64,000 nt of DNA, taken from the NCBI GenBank assembly GCA_963666935.1, contig OY762936.1:453354-517353 (forward strand). Direction: 5' to 3'. The stretch's first letter is position 1; every line of letters starts with the position of its first letter. This document shows, piece by piece, positions 49,488 through 59,772 of the stretch. The notes under the pieces are model-generated. The model saw only the letters and a list, made by a program, of their open reading frames with translations, was not told where the DNA came from and searched no databases. The DNA is from Christensenellaceae bacterium. Lineage in GTDB: Bacteria > Bacillota > Clostridia > Christensenellales > CAG-138. A program made the translations under genes and the position numbers.

Positions 49488-52400
49488 CCAGAGGAAAGCC
49501 ATTGATCATGGCGGCAACCTGCTGGTGGCCGCCGCTGCGGGTAGCGGCAAAACCGCCGTGCTCACCGAGCGCGTAGCTCGGCTGATTCAAAACGGTGCGC
49601 AGGTGGAAGACTTTTTGGTGGTCACCTTTACCCGCGCTGCCGCAGCAGAAATGAAAAAGCGCATCGCCGCCCGGCTTTTTGTCCTTGCGCAGAGCCAGAA
49701 TGGGGAGGATGCGACGCGGCTCAACGCGGCGGCCGCGGGGATCGGAAGCGCCAACATATCCACCATCGACGCCTTCTGCACCCACGTTTTGCGCCGCCAC
49801 TTCCACGCAGCGGGGCTGGATCCCGCCTTCCGTGCCGCCGATGAAACCGAATCCACAGCCCTAAGGCAGGACGTCATGGACGAGCTGTTGGAACAGAAAT
49901 ACGCTTCCGAAGGGTTTGTGAAGCTTACCGACCTCTTTGGAAAAGAGAAAAATTTCATTGAAAGCGCGTTTCGCCTCTATGATTTCCTATGCGCCCAACC
50001 CGAACCGCTGCCATGGCTGGAACGGGCGGCACAGGCATATGAGAGAGAAGAGGCAGAGCTGGCCGAATCCCCCGCCGTGCGGGAAATTACACAGGGTGCA
50101 CAGCGCGCCCTGCGCGCAAAGCTGGACGTGCTGCACTTTGAGCGGGACTGCATCGCCGGAGCGTTTCCATCCGTGGCCGCTATACTGGACGAGACGATGA
50201 TGCGGCTGGGAGCGCTGCTTTTGCCCTGCGGCTATGCCGGTTACGGGGCAATGCTTCAAAGCGCGGACTTTCCGCGCCTGATCTGGCCCCGGGGTACGGA
50301 GGAGAGCATTAAGGATGGGACAAAGAATGCCTGGAGCGGCGTCAAAGATATCGTCAAAAAGCAGCGCAGAACTTTTTCGACCCCCCTTTCCCAGCGGGCG
50401 GCCCAGCTTCAAACCCTTGCGCCCTTCATACAGGAACTATATTCATTTATCAAAGACTTTTTTGCGCTGTATGCGGAGCGCAAGCGGCAGGAGGGGGTCA
50501 TCGACTATTCCGATATGGAACACATGACCCTTTCGTTGCTGAAGGATCCGGCCGTTGCCAGAGAATACCGGGAGAAATTCAAGTATATCTTTGTGGACGA
50601 ATATCAGGATTCCAACCCCGTGCAGGAATGCCTGATTAACGCCATCAAGCGCCCGGACAACCTGTTTCTGGTGGGGGACGTGAAGCAATCCATCTATCGC
50701 TTCCGCATGGCAGAGCCCGGCCTGTTCTTGGAGAAGTATCAAACCTTTCGGGGTGAAACCGGCGTGCGGGTGGACCTTTCTTCCAACTTCCGCAGCACCG
50801 GCGCTGTGATCGACGCGGTCAACGCCATATTTTCCAACATCATGCAGGGAGAGACGGGAGAAATTGCCTACGACGAGGACGCCCGGCTCATTCCCGGCCG
50901 GGAAGCCGCCGGAAAAACGGAACTGCACATTTTGCAGCGCGCAGGCTTTGACGACGACGCGGAGCCCCTTATGGCCGCCGAGGCGGAAGCCCGGTATGCC
51001 GCAGAGCGGATTCACCAGCTTGTGGGCACGGATTATACCGACCCCAAGACTGGGGAAATTAGAAAGCTGCGCTACGGCGATATCGTCATCCTCCACAGCG
51101 CGCCCAAGCCCGTATCCGAGCTGTGGCTCATGACGCTGGCGCAAAACGGCGTGCCCGCCTACGCGGAAACCAGCGGTGGCTACTTTGAGGCCGTGGAAGT
51201 GCAGATCTTCTTAAACTTACTGCGGGTCATCGACAACCGCAGGCAGGACATTCCGCTCTTGAGCGTTTTAAGGAGCCCCATTGGAGGCTTTTCCACGGAG
51301 GAGCTGATTGCTCTGGGCACGGAGTACCGATCCGAAACTTACTTTGACGCGCTGAAAAAGGCGGCCCAAACATCCGGACAGCTGGGCGAGAAAGCAGCGG
51401 AATTGCTTTACAGGCTGGATCGCTGGCGCGCGGACGCCGCGCTATACGGCCTTGCGGAATTTCTCGGAATGTTGTTGGAGGAAACCGGCTACAGTCGTTT
51501 TGTTTCCGCGTTGCCGGGCGGCTCATCCCGCAAGGGAAATCTGGAGGCGTTGCTGCACAGCGCCGAGATCCATGCAAAGAACGGCCGTGGGCTGGACGGA
51601 TATCTGCGCTTTATGGACCGGGTGAAGGAAACCGACACCGGGCGCATGGGCATTGCCCAGACCGGCAGCGCCAACGTGGTGCGGCTGATCTCCATTCACA
51701 GAAGCAAGGGGTTGGAATTCCCCATTGTGTTCCTGGCCGGATTGAGCAAGCAGTTCAATGCCGCCGACCGATCCGCCGATCTGATTTTTGATGCCGAACT
51801 GGGCGTGGGCTTTCGACCCGTGTGGCAGAACACCCGCATGGATACCCTGTTCCATCAGGCCATCGCAAGCCGCGGCTGGCGTATGAGCGTAGCTGAGCAA
51901 ATGCGGGTGCTGTATGTGGGGATGACCCGCGCGGCGGAGCAGCTGATTCTGCTATGCGCGGTAAAAGATATCGGAGCGTCTGTAAAAAAATATCGGGCCC
52001 CCCTTACGCCGGCTCGGTGCGCCGATGCCACATGTTTTGCTGACTGGGTGCTGGGCACCCTGATGCACAGGCCGGACGGAAACCCACTGCGGGAGGCCGC
52101 GGGGCTGTTGCCTCTGCCGGGAGTGCCGCAGGTGGAAGTGGTATTTCATGAAAACCCGGCGGCGCAGTCGGCCAAAGGGGCCCCGGACGAGGAGATGTTC
52201 TCCCGATTCATTCGGCAGGCCGAAGGGGTGGATTGCGCCGCGTATTGCGAACGATTCCGCTGGCAGTACCCCCATGAAGAGGATACGCGTATCCCGTCCA
52301 AGCTGGGTGTTTCGGAGCTTTTGGGCAACCCGCCCGAGGCCGTTCGGTATCCCAAGTTCCTTCGGGGAAGCCGGCCGCTCACCGTTACGGACATCGGTGG

Positions 52401-52893
52401 TGCCGTCCATGCGCTCATGGAGCACATTTCGCTTATACCCCACGACGCCGACTCCGTGGCGGCGGAGATTGCCGGTTTGACAGCTTCGGGTATTCTCACG
52501 GAAGCGCAGGCGGCCGCTATTTCCATCCCGGCCGTGGTGGCCTTTTTCAGGACGGATTTGGGCCGACGGCTGATTGCTTCCGAGCGGGCAGAGCGGGAGT
52601 TGGCCTTCCACCACCCCGTGGCTGCCGACGCACTTATCGGAGCGGGCAGCTCCGAAACCATCCTTTTGCAGGGGATCATCGATTGCTGCTTTCTTGACGG
52701 TGGGCAGTGGGTGCTGCTGGACTACAAGACGGATTACGTTCCGGAGGGCAGGGGGTACGAGGTGGCCATGCGCCATCAGAAACAGCTGCTGCTTTACGCA
52801 AACGCCCTGTGTGCCTTAAGCGGAATTCCCGTAAAGGAAATGTTCGTGTATCTCTTTAAAACCGGGGAATGTATTTCCATTCCCGTGGGATAA
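49471..52893 (+). CDS. addA: ATP-dependent helicase/nuclease AddAB subunit A (UvrD-like helicase plus PD-(D/E)xK nuclease)
   Basis: Walker A AAAGSGKT. UvrD motifs FVDEYQDSNPVQ and FLVGDVKQSIYRFR are present. C-terminal nuclease motif LLQGIIDCCF...VLLDYKTD. Confidence 0.85.
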   Translation: MNWTDSQRKAIDHGGNLLVAAAAGSGKTAVLTERVARLIQNGAQVEDFLVVTFTRAAAAEMKKRIAARLFVLAQSQNGEDATRLNAAAAGIGSANISTIDAFCTHVLRRHFHAAGLDPAFRAADETESTALRQDVMDELLEQKYASEGFVKLTDLFGKEKNFIESAFRLYDFLCAQPEPLPWLERAAQAYEREEAELAESPAVREITQGAQRALRAKLDVLHFERDCIAGAFPSVAAILDETMMRLGALLLPCGYAGYGAMLQSADFPRLIWPRGTEESIKDGTKNAWSGVKDIVKKQRRTFSTPLSQRAAQLQTLAPFIQELYSFIKDFFALYAERKRQEGVIDYSDMEHMTLSLLKDPAVAREYREKFKYIFVDEYQDSNPVQECLINAIKRPDNLFLVGDVKQSIYRFRMAEPGLFLEKYQTFRGETGVRVDLSSNFRSTGAVIDAVNAIFSNIMQGETGEIAYDEDARLIPGREAAGKTELHILQRAGFDDDAEPLMAAEAEARYAAERIHQLVGTDYTDPKTGEIRKLRYGDIVILHSAPKPVSELWLMTLAQNGVPAYAETSGGYFEAVEVQIFLNLLRVIDNRRQDIPLLSVLRSPIGGFSTEELIALGTEYRSETYFDALKKAAQTSGQLGEKAAELLYRLDRWRADAALYGLAEFLGMLLEETGYSRFVSALPGGSSRKGNLEALLHSAEIHAKNGRGLDGYLRFMDRVKETDTGRMGIAQTGSANVVRLISIHRSKGLEFPIVFLAGLSKQFNAADRSADLIFDAELGVGFRPVWQNTRMDTLFHQAIASRGWRMSVAEQMRVLYVGMTRAAEQLILLCAVKDIGASVKKYRAPLTPARCADATCFADWVLGTLMHRPDGNPLREAAGLLPLPGVPQVEVVFHENPAAQSAKGAPDEEMFSRFIRQAEGVDCAAYCERFRWQYPHEEDTRIPSKLGVSELLGNPPEAVRYPKFLRGSRPLTVTDIGGAVHALMEHISLIPHDADSVAAEIAGLTASGILTEAQAAAISIPAVVAFFRTDLGRRLIASERAERELAFHHPVAADALIGAGSSETILLQGIIDCCFLDGGQWVLLDYKTDYVPEGRGYEVAMRHQKQLLLYANALCALSGIPVKEMFVYLFKTGECISIPVG

Positions 52894-52896
52894 AAA

Positions 52897-52925
52897 AAGC
52901 AGGCTACGGCCTGCTTTTTTTATTT
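52897..52925. terminator. bidirectional Rho-independent terminator between addA and the M23 peptidase gene
   Basis: aaaaaaagcaggctacggcctgcttttttta. Confidence 0.7.
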
Positions 52926-52927
52926 GG

Positions 52928-53680
52928 TTAATCTTCGATGATAAAAATGTAGTCAAGGGGGTTTTGCACCGCTTCGTCTTTATAGACTTCAAAGTGTAGG
53001 TGCGCGCCCTCGCCGCATTCGGCTATTGCGGTATCACCCACACAGCCGATGACATCCCCGGCGTTTACCTTGCGGCCTTCTTTTACCGGTGGCTCTTCCT
53101 TCAGGTTGGCGTAAACGGTCTTCAGCCCGTTTCTATGCAGGATCACCACGGTGACGCCCAAACAGTCATCGGTGTAGATCTGATCCACTGTTCCGTTCCA
53201 CACGGTTTGTACTTCCGTACCCTTGGCAGAAGCGATATCCACGCCCGCGTGGGTCATCCACTGGTTGAGCGTCTTAGAATAAATCAGCTCATTGACCGCA
53301 TAGCCCCACTGTACTGCGCCGCGCACTGGCGCGGAAGCTTTTTCCCGGGTAGGTGTTTTACTGGCCTTTGGGGTGGCTTGGGCAGTGATTTCCGGCAGAG
53401 GCGTCATAGACGGCGAGGGTGTAACATCTGGCTCTTTGTCTTTGGCCGTGGCTTCCTGCAAAGTTTCGCCTTCGGAGTGGGATACGCTTTCCGCTTCCGG
53501 GCTTTGCTGTGGCGTTTGCTGCACCTGAGCCTCCGACGTATCTTCGCCGGCGGGCCCATAGGCCAGCGCCACTGCGATGCCTACCATGGCGATACAGACC
53601 ATCAGCACCACATACAGGCCCTTATCTTTTAAGAAAGCGGCTATTTTTTCTTTTACATTTTTGAATTTATTCTCTTCCAA
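52928..53680 (-). CDS. M23 family metallopeptidase (membrane-anchored, LytM-like)
   Basis: HAGVDIAS (HxxxD) and GAHLHFEV (HxH) motifs are present. N-terminal TM helix. TTG start with RBS gaggtga. Confidence 0.65.
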   Translation of the reverse strand: MEENKFKNVKEKIAAFLKDKGLYVVLMVCIAMVGIAVALAYGPAGEDTSEAQVQQTPQQSPEAESVSHSEGETLQEATAKDKEPDVTPSPSMTPLPEITAQATPKASKTPTREKASAPVRGAVQWGYAVNELIYSKTLNQWMTHAGVDIASAKGTEVQTVWNGTVDQIYTDDCLGVTVVILHRNGLKTVYANLKEEPPVKEGRKVNAGDVIGCVGDTAIAECGEGAHLHFEVYKDEAVQNPLDYIFIIED

Positions 53681-53792
53681 GTATCATCACCTCATGGATA
53701 GTATTGCCATGCGTACCCGAATGTTATACTTTTTCCCGTTTATATGCTATAATCCATTTTGGGCCGGGATGTTGGCCCGGATAGGAGAGGCT

Positions 53793-54797
53793 ATGAAAAA
53801 ATGCACCGTAGGCGGCCAGGCGGTCATGGAGGGCGTCATGATGAAGTCCCCCACCGGCATCGCTATGGCTGTGCGCGATGGCTCCGGCCAAATCGTACTT
53901 GACTATCAGTCCTTTGCGTCCAAGGCGAAAAAGGGATCTTTCTTAGGATGGCCGATTATCCGCGGCGTTGTGGTTTTTGTGGAATCCCTTACTACGGGGA
54001 TGTCCACCCTCACCAAATCTGCGGAGATGTTTGGGGAGGAAATTGACGAGGAACCCTCCAAATTTGAGCTTTGGCTGGCAAAGACCTTTAACAAATCCGT
54101 GGAAAAAGTGATCGTGGGTATTGCGGTGGTCATGGCCATTGCCCTGTCCATCGGCCTGTTTTTCCTGCTGCCGCAGCTCATCAGCTCGTTGATTTTCAGG
54201 AGCGTTGAGGCTTCGGGAATTGTGAAAAGCCTCACCGAAGGGGTGACGCGGCTTCTCGTCTTTTTGGGCTACATTCTGTTTTGCGCACAGATCAAGGACA
54301 TCCGCCGGGTGTTTATGTACCACGGGGCGGAACATAAGACCATCGCCTGTTATGAGGCGGAGGCAGAGTTGACCCCCGCAAACGCCATGAAATATAGCCG
54401 CCTACACCCCCGTTGCGGCACCAACTACCTCTTCTTGGTGATGGCAGTGGCCATTGTGTTCTTTGCAGCCATCGGCTGGCAGGGCAGTTTTCTTGTGCGC
54501 TTTGCCACTCGTTTGGTTTTTCTGCCTGTAGTGGCGGGTCTGAGTTATGAGGTGCTGCGCCTTGCCGCCAAGTACGATAACGTGCTGACCAAAATCATCC
54601 GCGCGCCCGGTATGGGGCTGCAGAAGATCACCACCAAGGAACCCACGCAGGATATGCTGGAAGTGGCAATCGCTTCTTTTAATCTGGCCATGATGAGCGA
54701 TGAAGAGGCTCGCCTTACGGTGAAGAAACAGCAGGAGGAGCGCACACAGGGCGAAACGGATGCGGATGCGCAGAAAGATCCGGACGCGGAGGCATAA
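53793..54797 (+). CDS. DUF1385 (YqhQ-like) membrane protein
   Basis: N-terminal MKKCTVGGQAVMEGVMMKSP is characteristic of YqhQ. Several TM helices. RBS aggagagg precedes the ATG. Confidence 0.55.
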   Translation: MKKCTVGGQAVMEGVMMKSPTGIAMAVRDGSGQIVLDYQSFASKAKKGSFLGWPIIRGVVVFVESLTTGMSTLTKSAEMFGEEIDEEPSKFELWLAKTFNKSVEKVIVGIAVVMAIALSIGLFFLLPQLISSLIFRSVEASGIVKSLTEGVTRLLVFLGYILFCAQIKDIRRVFMYHGAEHKTIACYEAEAELTPANAMKYSRLHPRCGTNYLFLVMAVAIVFFAAIGWQGSFLVRFATRLVFLPVVAGLSYEVLRLAAKYDNVLTKIIRAPGMGLQKITTKEPTQDMLEVAIASFNLAMMSDEEARLTVKKQQEERTQGETDADAQKDPDAEA

Positions 54798-55609
54798 TGA
54801 ATTATCTGGAAGCGCTGCGGGATACGGCGAAGCGGCTTGCGCCAGCCGCAGGGGAAGAGGCGGCTCGGGAGGCCGGCCTGCTTTTGCGCCATGCGGCTAA
54901 TCTTCCACAAGGCGGCCCGGGGCCGCATATGTTTGAATTATTTCCCAAGCAATATTTGGGGGATCTGAACGCTATGATTTCCCGCCGCCTTGCGGGAGAG
55001 CCCGTTCAATATATTTTAGGGGAATGGGAGTTTATGGGCCTGCCCTTTTTTACTCGACCCTGCGCGCTGATCCCCCGGCAGGATACGGAAACCCTGGCGG
55101 AATGCGCTCTGGCCCGCGGGAAAAAGGGTGAAAGGGTGCTGGATCTTTGCTGCGGCACGGGCTGCATTGGCATCAGCTTGGCAAGGCTGGGAGGATTTGA
55201 GGTAGACCTTGCGGACATCAGCCTTCCCTGCGTAGAATTGGCAAAGGAAAATGCGGCGAAAAACGGCGTTGCGGTGCGAGTCATCCAAAGCGATCTGTTT
55301 AAAAACGTTTCTGACAGATACCATATGATCTGCAGCAACCCGCCCTATATCCCCACGGGAGAGCTATCGAAATTGCAGCAAGAAGTGCGCTTTGAACCTG
55401 CGCTGGCACTGGACGGCGGGGACGACGGCCTCTCCTTCTACCGCCGCATGCGGGAGGAATACAAGAACCATCTTTTGCCTGGTGGCATGTTGCTGCTGGA
55501 AGTGGGCTTCGACCAGGCCCATCATGTGGCACAACTTTTCTTGGGCGGAGAAATCATAAAGGATATTTGCGGCGCCCAGCGCGTCGTCATTATAAAAGAT
55601 CAGGGGTAA
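54797..55609 (+). CDS. prmC: release-factor glutamine N5-methyltransferase
   Basis: NPPY motif (CSNPPYIP) and SAM-binding VLDLCCGTGCIG are present. It is adjacent to prfA. Confidence 0.8.
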   Translation: MNYLEALRDTAKRLAPAAGEEAAREAGLLLRHAANLPQGGPGPHMFELFPKQYLGDLNAMISRRLAGEPVQYILGEWEFMGLPFFTRPCALIPRQDTETLAECALARGKKGERVLDLCCGTGCIGISLARLGGFEVDLADISLPCVELAKENAAKNGVAVRVIQSDLFKNVSDRYHMICSNPPYIPTGELSKLQQEVRFEPALALDGGDDGLSFYRRMREEYKNHLLPGGMLLLEVGFDQAHHVAQLFLGGEIIKDICGAQRVVIIKDQG

Positions 55610-55612
55610 TCT

Positions 55613-56689
55613 ATGCTCAACAAACTGCAAGGGTTCAAAGCTCGCTATGAAGAACTAACAAGAAAACTTTCTCAGCCCGACGCCATGGAGGATCAGGCGG
55701 CTTGGCGGGAGATGGCGAAAGAACACGCCCAGCTGGAAGAGATTGTGGTGGTTTTTGATGAATACAACGACGCGGCGGCGGCGGCGAAGGACTGCAAAGT
55801 CATGCTGGAAGAGCGACTGGAGCCCGAAATGCGGGAGATGGTGCATGCGGAGCTTTGCGAGCTGGCGCAAAAGCAGGAAGAGCGCCTGGACCGGCTTAAG
55901 ATCATGCTGCTTCCCAAGGACCCCAACGACGACAAGAACGTGATCATCGAGATCCGCGCCGGAACCGGAGGCGAAGAGGCGTCCCTGTTTGGCGCTGACC
56001 TTTTGCGCATGTACCAGCGCTATGCGGAGCGCCACGGCTTTAAGACGGAATTCCTCAACGAGAACATGACGGAGAAGGGCGGCGTGAAAGAGGTGGCCCT
56101 TTCCCTTTCAGGCAAGGGCGCCTATTCACGATTAAAGTTTGAAAGCGGCGTGCACCGGGTGCAGCGGGTGCCCGAAACCGAATCCCAGGGCCGCATCCAC
56201 ACCAGCGCGGCTACCGTGGCGGTATTGCCGGAGGCGGAGGACGTGGAGGTGGAAATCGACCCTAAGGACCTGCAGATCGACACTTACCGCAGCGGCGGCG
56301 CGGGCGGTCAGCATGTAAACAAGACCGAAAGCGCCATCCGCATCACCCATCTTCCCACCGGCCTAGTGGTGCAGTGCCAAGATGAACGCAGCCAGTATAA
56401 AAATAAAGACAAGGCTATGCGGGTGCTCAAGAGCCGACTCTTTGACCTTTATCAGTCCCAACAGGCGGGCGCGGAGGCGTCTGTTCGCAAGGGTATGGTG
56501 GGCAGCGGAGACCGAAGCGAACGAATCCGCACCTATAACTTTCCTCAGGGCCGGGTTTCCGACCATCGGATCAACATGACTCTTTACCGCCTGGAGAGCT
56601 TTTTGGACGGAGATATGGACGAGATCATCGACGGGCTGATCCTGGCCGAGCGCGCAGCCCAGCTCACAGGGGAATCGGAGGGGAAATGA
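55613..56689 (+). CDS. prfA: peptide chain release factor 1
   Basis: GGQ motif [24 protein letters not shown] and PET tripeptide (RF1-type PxT) are present. Confidence 0.9.
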   Translation: MLNKLQGFKARYEELTRKLSQPDAMEDQAAWREMAKEHAQLEEIVVVFDEYNDAAAAAKDCKVMLEERLEPEMREMVHAELCELAQKQEERLDRLKIMLLPKDPNDDKNVIIEIRAGTGGEEASLFGADLLRMYQRYAERHGFKTEFLNENMTEKGGVKEVALSLSGKGAYSRLKFESGVHRVQRVPETESQGRIHTSAATVAVLPEAEDVEVEIDPKDLQIDTYRSGGAGGQHVNKTESAIRITHLPTGLVVQCQDERSQYKNKDKAMRVLKSRLFDLYQSQQAGAEASVRKGMVGSGDRSERIRTYNFPQGRVSDHRINMTLYRLESFLDGDMDEIIDGLILAERAAQLTGESEGK

Positions 56690-57720
56690 AGACCCAATAC
56701 TTTAACGCTATTAACCAGAAAGAAAATGGCACCCGCCTGGCCGGTTCGGTGATCCGCGGCGGCGGCTTGGTAGCGTTCCCCACCGAAACTGTATATGGTC
56801 TGGGCGCTAACGGTCTGGACGAAGAGGCGGTGCGCCGCATCTTTGAGGCCAAGGGCAGACCCTGCGACAATCCCTTGATTTTGCATATTGCCAAGAAAAG
56901 CGATGTGAAACCCCTTTGGACTAAGGTGCCGGATATGGCCCATATTCTGATGGACACCTTCTGGCCGGGGCCTTTGACATTGATTTTTAACCGCAGTTCC
57001 ATCATTCCGGACGTGGTCGCCGCGGGCCTGGACACCGTTGCTGTACGCATGCCCGACAACAAGACGGCACTGAATTTAATTCGGGCGGCAGGGGTGCCCA
57101 TCGCGGCCCCCAGCGCCAACCTGTCTGGCAAGCCCAGCCCCACCACGGCGGCGCACGTACGGCAGGATATGGACGGGAAGGTCGACATGGTGCTGGACGG
57201 TGGACCCTGCCGGATCGGTGTGGAGTCCACGGTGCTTTCACTATGCAAAACGCCCACAATCTTGCGGCCCGGCGGCGTTACCAAGGAGATGCTGGAAGCT
57301 ATCATTGGTCCCGTGGAGCTGGCACCTTCTATCCTCGCGCCCTTAAAGGAAGGGGAGACCGTCCTATCTCCGGGTGTGAAATACCGCCATTACGCGCCGG
57401 ACGCGCAAGTGGTCATCGCCACAGGCTCGCCCCGGGCTGCCGCTGCTAAAATCATAGGGACCTACGATGCTCGGGAGCGGGAAGGGAAGCGGTGCGTGAT
57501 TTTTGCCAGTACGCAGGCCCAAGCCTTTTATCGGGGCTACAGGTGTGTTATAATAGGCGACAGAAACCATCCGTCTACCATGTGCGCCAATTTGTTCGCC
57601 CTGCTCAGAGAATACGGTGGGGATGTAGACGTAATTTTTTCCGAAACGCTGCCCGATTCGGATATGGGGTTGGCATACATGAACCGACTGCTGCGGGCAG
57701 CGGGATTTCAAACCATATGA
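56686..57720 (+). CDS. tsaC: L-threonylcarbamoyladenylate synthase (Sua5/YwlC type, YrdC plus Sua5 domains)
   Basis: YrdC-domain motifs [17 protein letters not shown] and [13 protein letters not shown] are present, with a C-terminal Sua5 domain. Confidence 0.8.
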   Translation: MKTQYFNAINQKENGTRLAGSVIRGGGLVAFPTETVYGLGANGLDEEAVRRIFEAKGRPCDNPLILHIAKKSDVKPLWTKVPDMAHILMDTFWPGPLTLIFNRSSIIPDVVAAGLDTVAVRMPDNKTALNLIRAAGVPIAAPSANLSGKPSPTTAAHVRQDMDGKVDMVLDGGPCRIGVESTVLSLCKTPTILRPGGVTKEMLEAIIGPVELAPSILAPLKEGETVLSPGVKYRHYAPDAQVVIATGSPRAAAAKIIGTYDAREREGKRCVIFASTQAQAFYRGYRCVIIGDRNHPSTMCANLFALLREYGGDVDVIFSETLPDSDMGLAYMNRLLRAAGFQTI

Positions 57721-58157
57721 CGCATGTTTTGTTTGTTTGCACGGGCAATACCTGCCGTAGCCCTATGGCGGAAATGCTGTTCAATGATATGGCGCTTCGG
57801 CGTGGCATTGGCGCGCTGGCCTGCTCTGCCGGGATCCGCGCGCTTGGGGGCATGTCCATTTCACAAAATGCAAAAATAGCGCTACAGGAGCAGGGGATCG
57901 ACGCTTCGGAGCATGCTGCCCGTCAACTCACGCCACAGCTTGTCAACACTGCGGATCGGATTTTCTGTATGAGCGCAGCCCATGCGAGTGCTGTGAAGGC
58001 CATTGCACCGACAAAGGATGTGCGCGTGCTGGGCGATGACGGTATTCCCGACCCTTACGGGTTACCGCTGCATAATTACGAAGACACGCTGGAAAGTATA
58101 AAAGAAGCGATTGCAGACATTTTAGATACCATAGAAAAAGAGGATAAAACACCATGA
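57717..58157 (+). CDS. low-molecular-weight protein tyrosine/arginine phosphatase (YwlE-like)
   Basis: CX5R P-loop VLFVCTGNTCRSPMAE and DPYG motif are present. Confidence 0.75.
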   Translation: MTHVLFVCTGNTCRSPMAEMLFNDMALRRGIGALACSAGIRALGGMSISQNAKIALQEQGIDASEHAARQLTPQLVNTADRIFCMSAAHASAVKAIAPTKDVRVLGDDGIPDPYGLPLHNYEDTLESIKEAIADILDTIEKEDKTP

Positions 58158-58597
58158 AAATTGCCATTGCGTGCGATCACGGCGGATACGAATACAAGCG
58201 ACTGCTGGTTCCTTTTATGAAAGGAATGGGCCATGAAGTGACAGACATGGGCTGCGATGGCCCGGAGAGCGTGGATTATCCGGATTTCGGCATTGCCTGC
58301 GCGCAGGCCGTGGTCCAAGGGAAAGCGGAGAAGGGCATCCTGATTTGCGGTACCGGCATCGGAATGTCCATTGCGGCGAACAAGGTGCGGGACATCCGCT
58401 GCGCGCTTTGCACAGATCCGCTGATGGCGCGGCTCTCCCGAGAGCACAACAATGCCAACATGCTAGCCATAGGCGGCAGGATCATTGGCATCGAAATGGC
58501 CAAGGAAATTATTTCCGTATGGCTCAAGACCGAATTCGCTGGCGGTCGGCACCAGCGGCGCGTGGACAAGATCAGCGCATACGAAGGGGAAAACTAA
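58154..58597 (+). CDS. rpiB: ribose-5-phosphate isomerase B
   Basis: MKIAIACDHGGYEYK and CGTGIGMSIAANK motifs are present. Confidence 0.8.
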   Translation: MKIAIACDHGGYEYKRLLVPFMKGMGHEVTDMGCDGPESVDYPDFGIACAQAVVQGKAEKGILICGTGIGMSIAANKVRDIRCALCTDPLMARLSREHNNANMLAIGGRIIGIEMAKEIISVWLKTEFAGGRHQRRVDKISAYEGEN

Positions 58598-58627
58598 AAA
58601 AATTTATACATTCCAAAGGAGATTCGC

Positions 58628-59257
58628 ATGGGTAAACTGACAGTCATCGATCATCCACTGGTGCAGCACAAACTTTCGCTGCTCCGGGATGAAAACACGG
58701 GAACAAGGGATTTTCGCGCGTTGGTTGAGGAGCTGGCAATTCTGCTCGCATATGAGGCAACCCGCGACCTGACTTTGCAGGACACCACCGTGACGACGCC
58801 CGTTGCCGTTGCGCACACGAAGGTCATCGCCGGCAAGAAACTGGCCGTCATCCCCATCCTCCGGGCGGGCCTTGGCATGGTGGACGGCATCATGAGCCTC
58901 ATTCCTGCCGCTAAAATAGGGCATATTGGCCTTTACCGCGACCCCGAAACCCTGAATCCGATAGATTATTATTATAAGCTTCCTTCGGATATTGTCGACA
59001 GGGACATCCTCATTATTGATCCAATGCTGGCCACAGGCGGCAGTGCCATTGCCAGTATTGACATTATTAAGCGCGCCGGCTGCAAGAATATCAAGCTGCT
59101 CAATTTGATCGCTGCGCCCGAAGGAATCAAGGCCGTACAGGAAGCGCATCCCGACGTGGATATTTATGTGACGCATGTGGATGACTATCTCAATGATCAC
59201 GGTTACATCGTGCCCGGTCTCGGAGATGCCGGTGACAGGCTTTTTGGAACGAAGTAA
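58628..59257 (+). CDS. upp: uracil phosphoribosyltransferase
   Basis: N-terminal [16 protein letters not shown] and PRPP-binding [13 protein letters not shown] are present. Confidence 0.9.
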   Translation: MGKLTVIDHPLVQHKLSLLRDENTGTRDFRALVEELAILLAYEATRDLTLQDTTVTTPVAVAHTKVIAGKKLAVIPILRAGLGMVDGIMSLIPAAKIGHIGLYRDPETLNPIDYYYKLPSDIVDRDILIIDPMLATGGSAIASIDIIKRAGCKNIKLLNLIAAPEGIKAVQEAHPDVDIYVTHVDDYLNDHGYIVPGLGDAGDRLFGTK

Positions 59258-59457
59258 CAACAAACCTTGACAAAACCAGATAATATTTTGTTTATTTGTT
59301 AAATTGTGCAATTCCTATTGCCCAATTTAATAACTTACGATAAAATAACTAATTGGGTCCCCGGATATGGTGACTTTTTTGAATCTATGGGGAGCCCCTT
59401 CTAAATTCCAATCATTTTGCTCAAGTAATTTGAAGTTTTAATACGGAAGGAGGTTGT

Positions 59458-59772
59458 ATGGTGCCATCCATCATCGAACAGGTAACCCAAGCGGAAGCAG
59501 AAGCTGCCTCTATTAAAAAGGACGCGCAGGTAAAAGCCCGTGAAGCGGTCGCTCAGGCCAATGCGCAGGCGCGTGAGGCCGTAGAGAAGGCCAAGGAGCT
59601 GGGACGGGATAAGATCCGCGCCGCCTCAGAAGCCGCGGAAGCGGAAGGGCGCGATGCCGCTGAAAAAATTCGCAACGAAAATGCGAAAAAGGCGGACGCT
59701 CAGTGCGAAGCCGCTGCCGAAAAGCTGCCCAAAGCGGTTGATTACATTCTCGAAAGGATTGTAAAAGTATGA
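59458..59772 (+). CDS. V/A-type ATP synthase peripheral-stalk subunit G/H (NtpF-like)
   Basis: 104-aa Ala/Glu/Lys-rich coiled coil. It is the first gene of the ntp-like operon. RBS gaaggagg precedes the ATG. Confidence 0.5.
   Translation: MVPSIIEQVTQAEAEAASIKKDAQVKAREAVAQANAQAREAVEKAKELGRDKIRAASEAAEAEGRDAAEKIRNENAKKADAQCEAAAEKLPKAVDYILERIVKV

Noticed and set aside
46561-52776. Numerous long antisense/alternative-frame ORFs inside addB/addA and other high-GC core genes
   Set aside because: High GC depletes stop codons. These ORFs lack RBSs and overlap well-supported genes.
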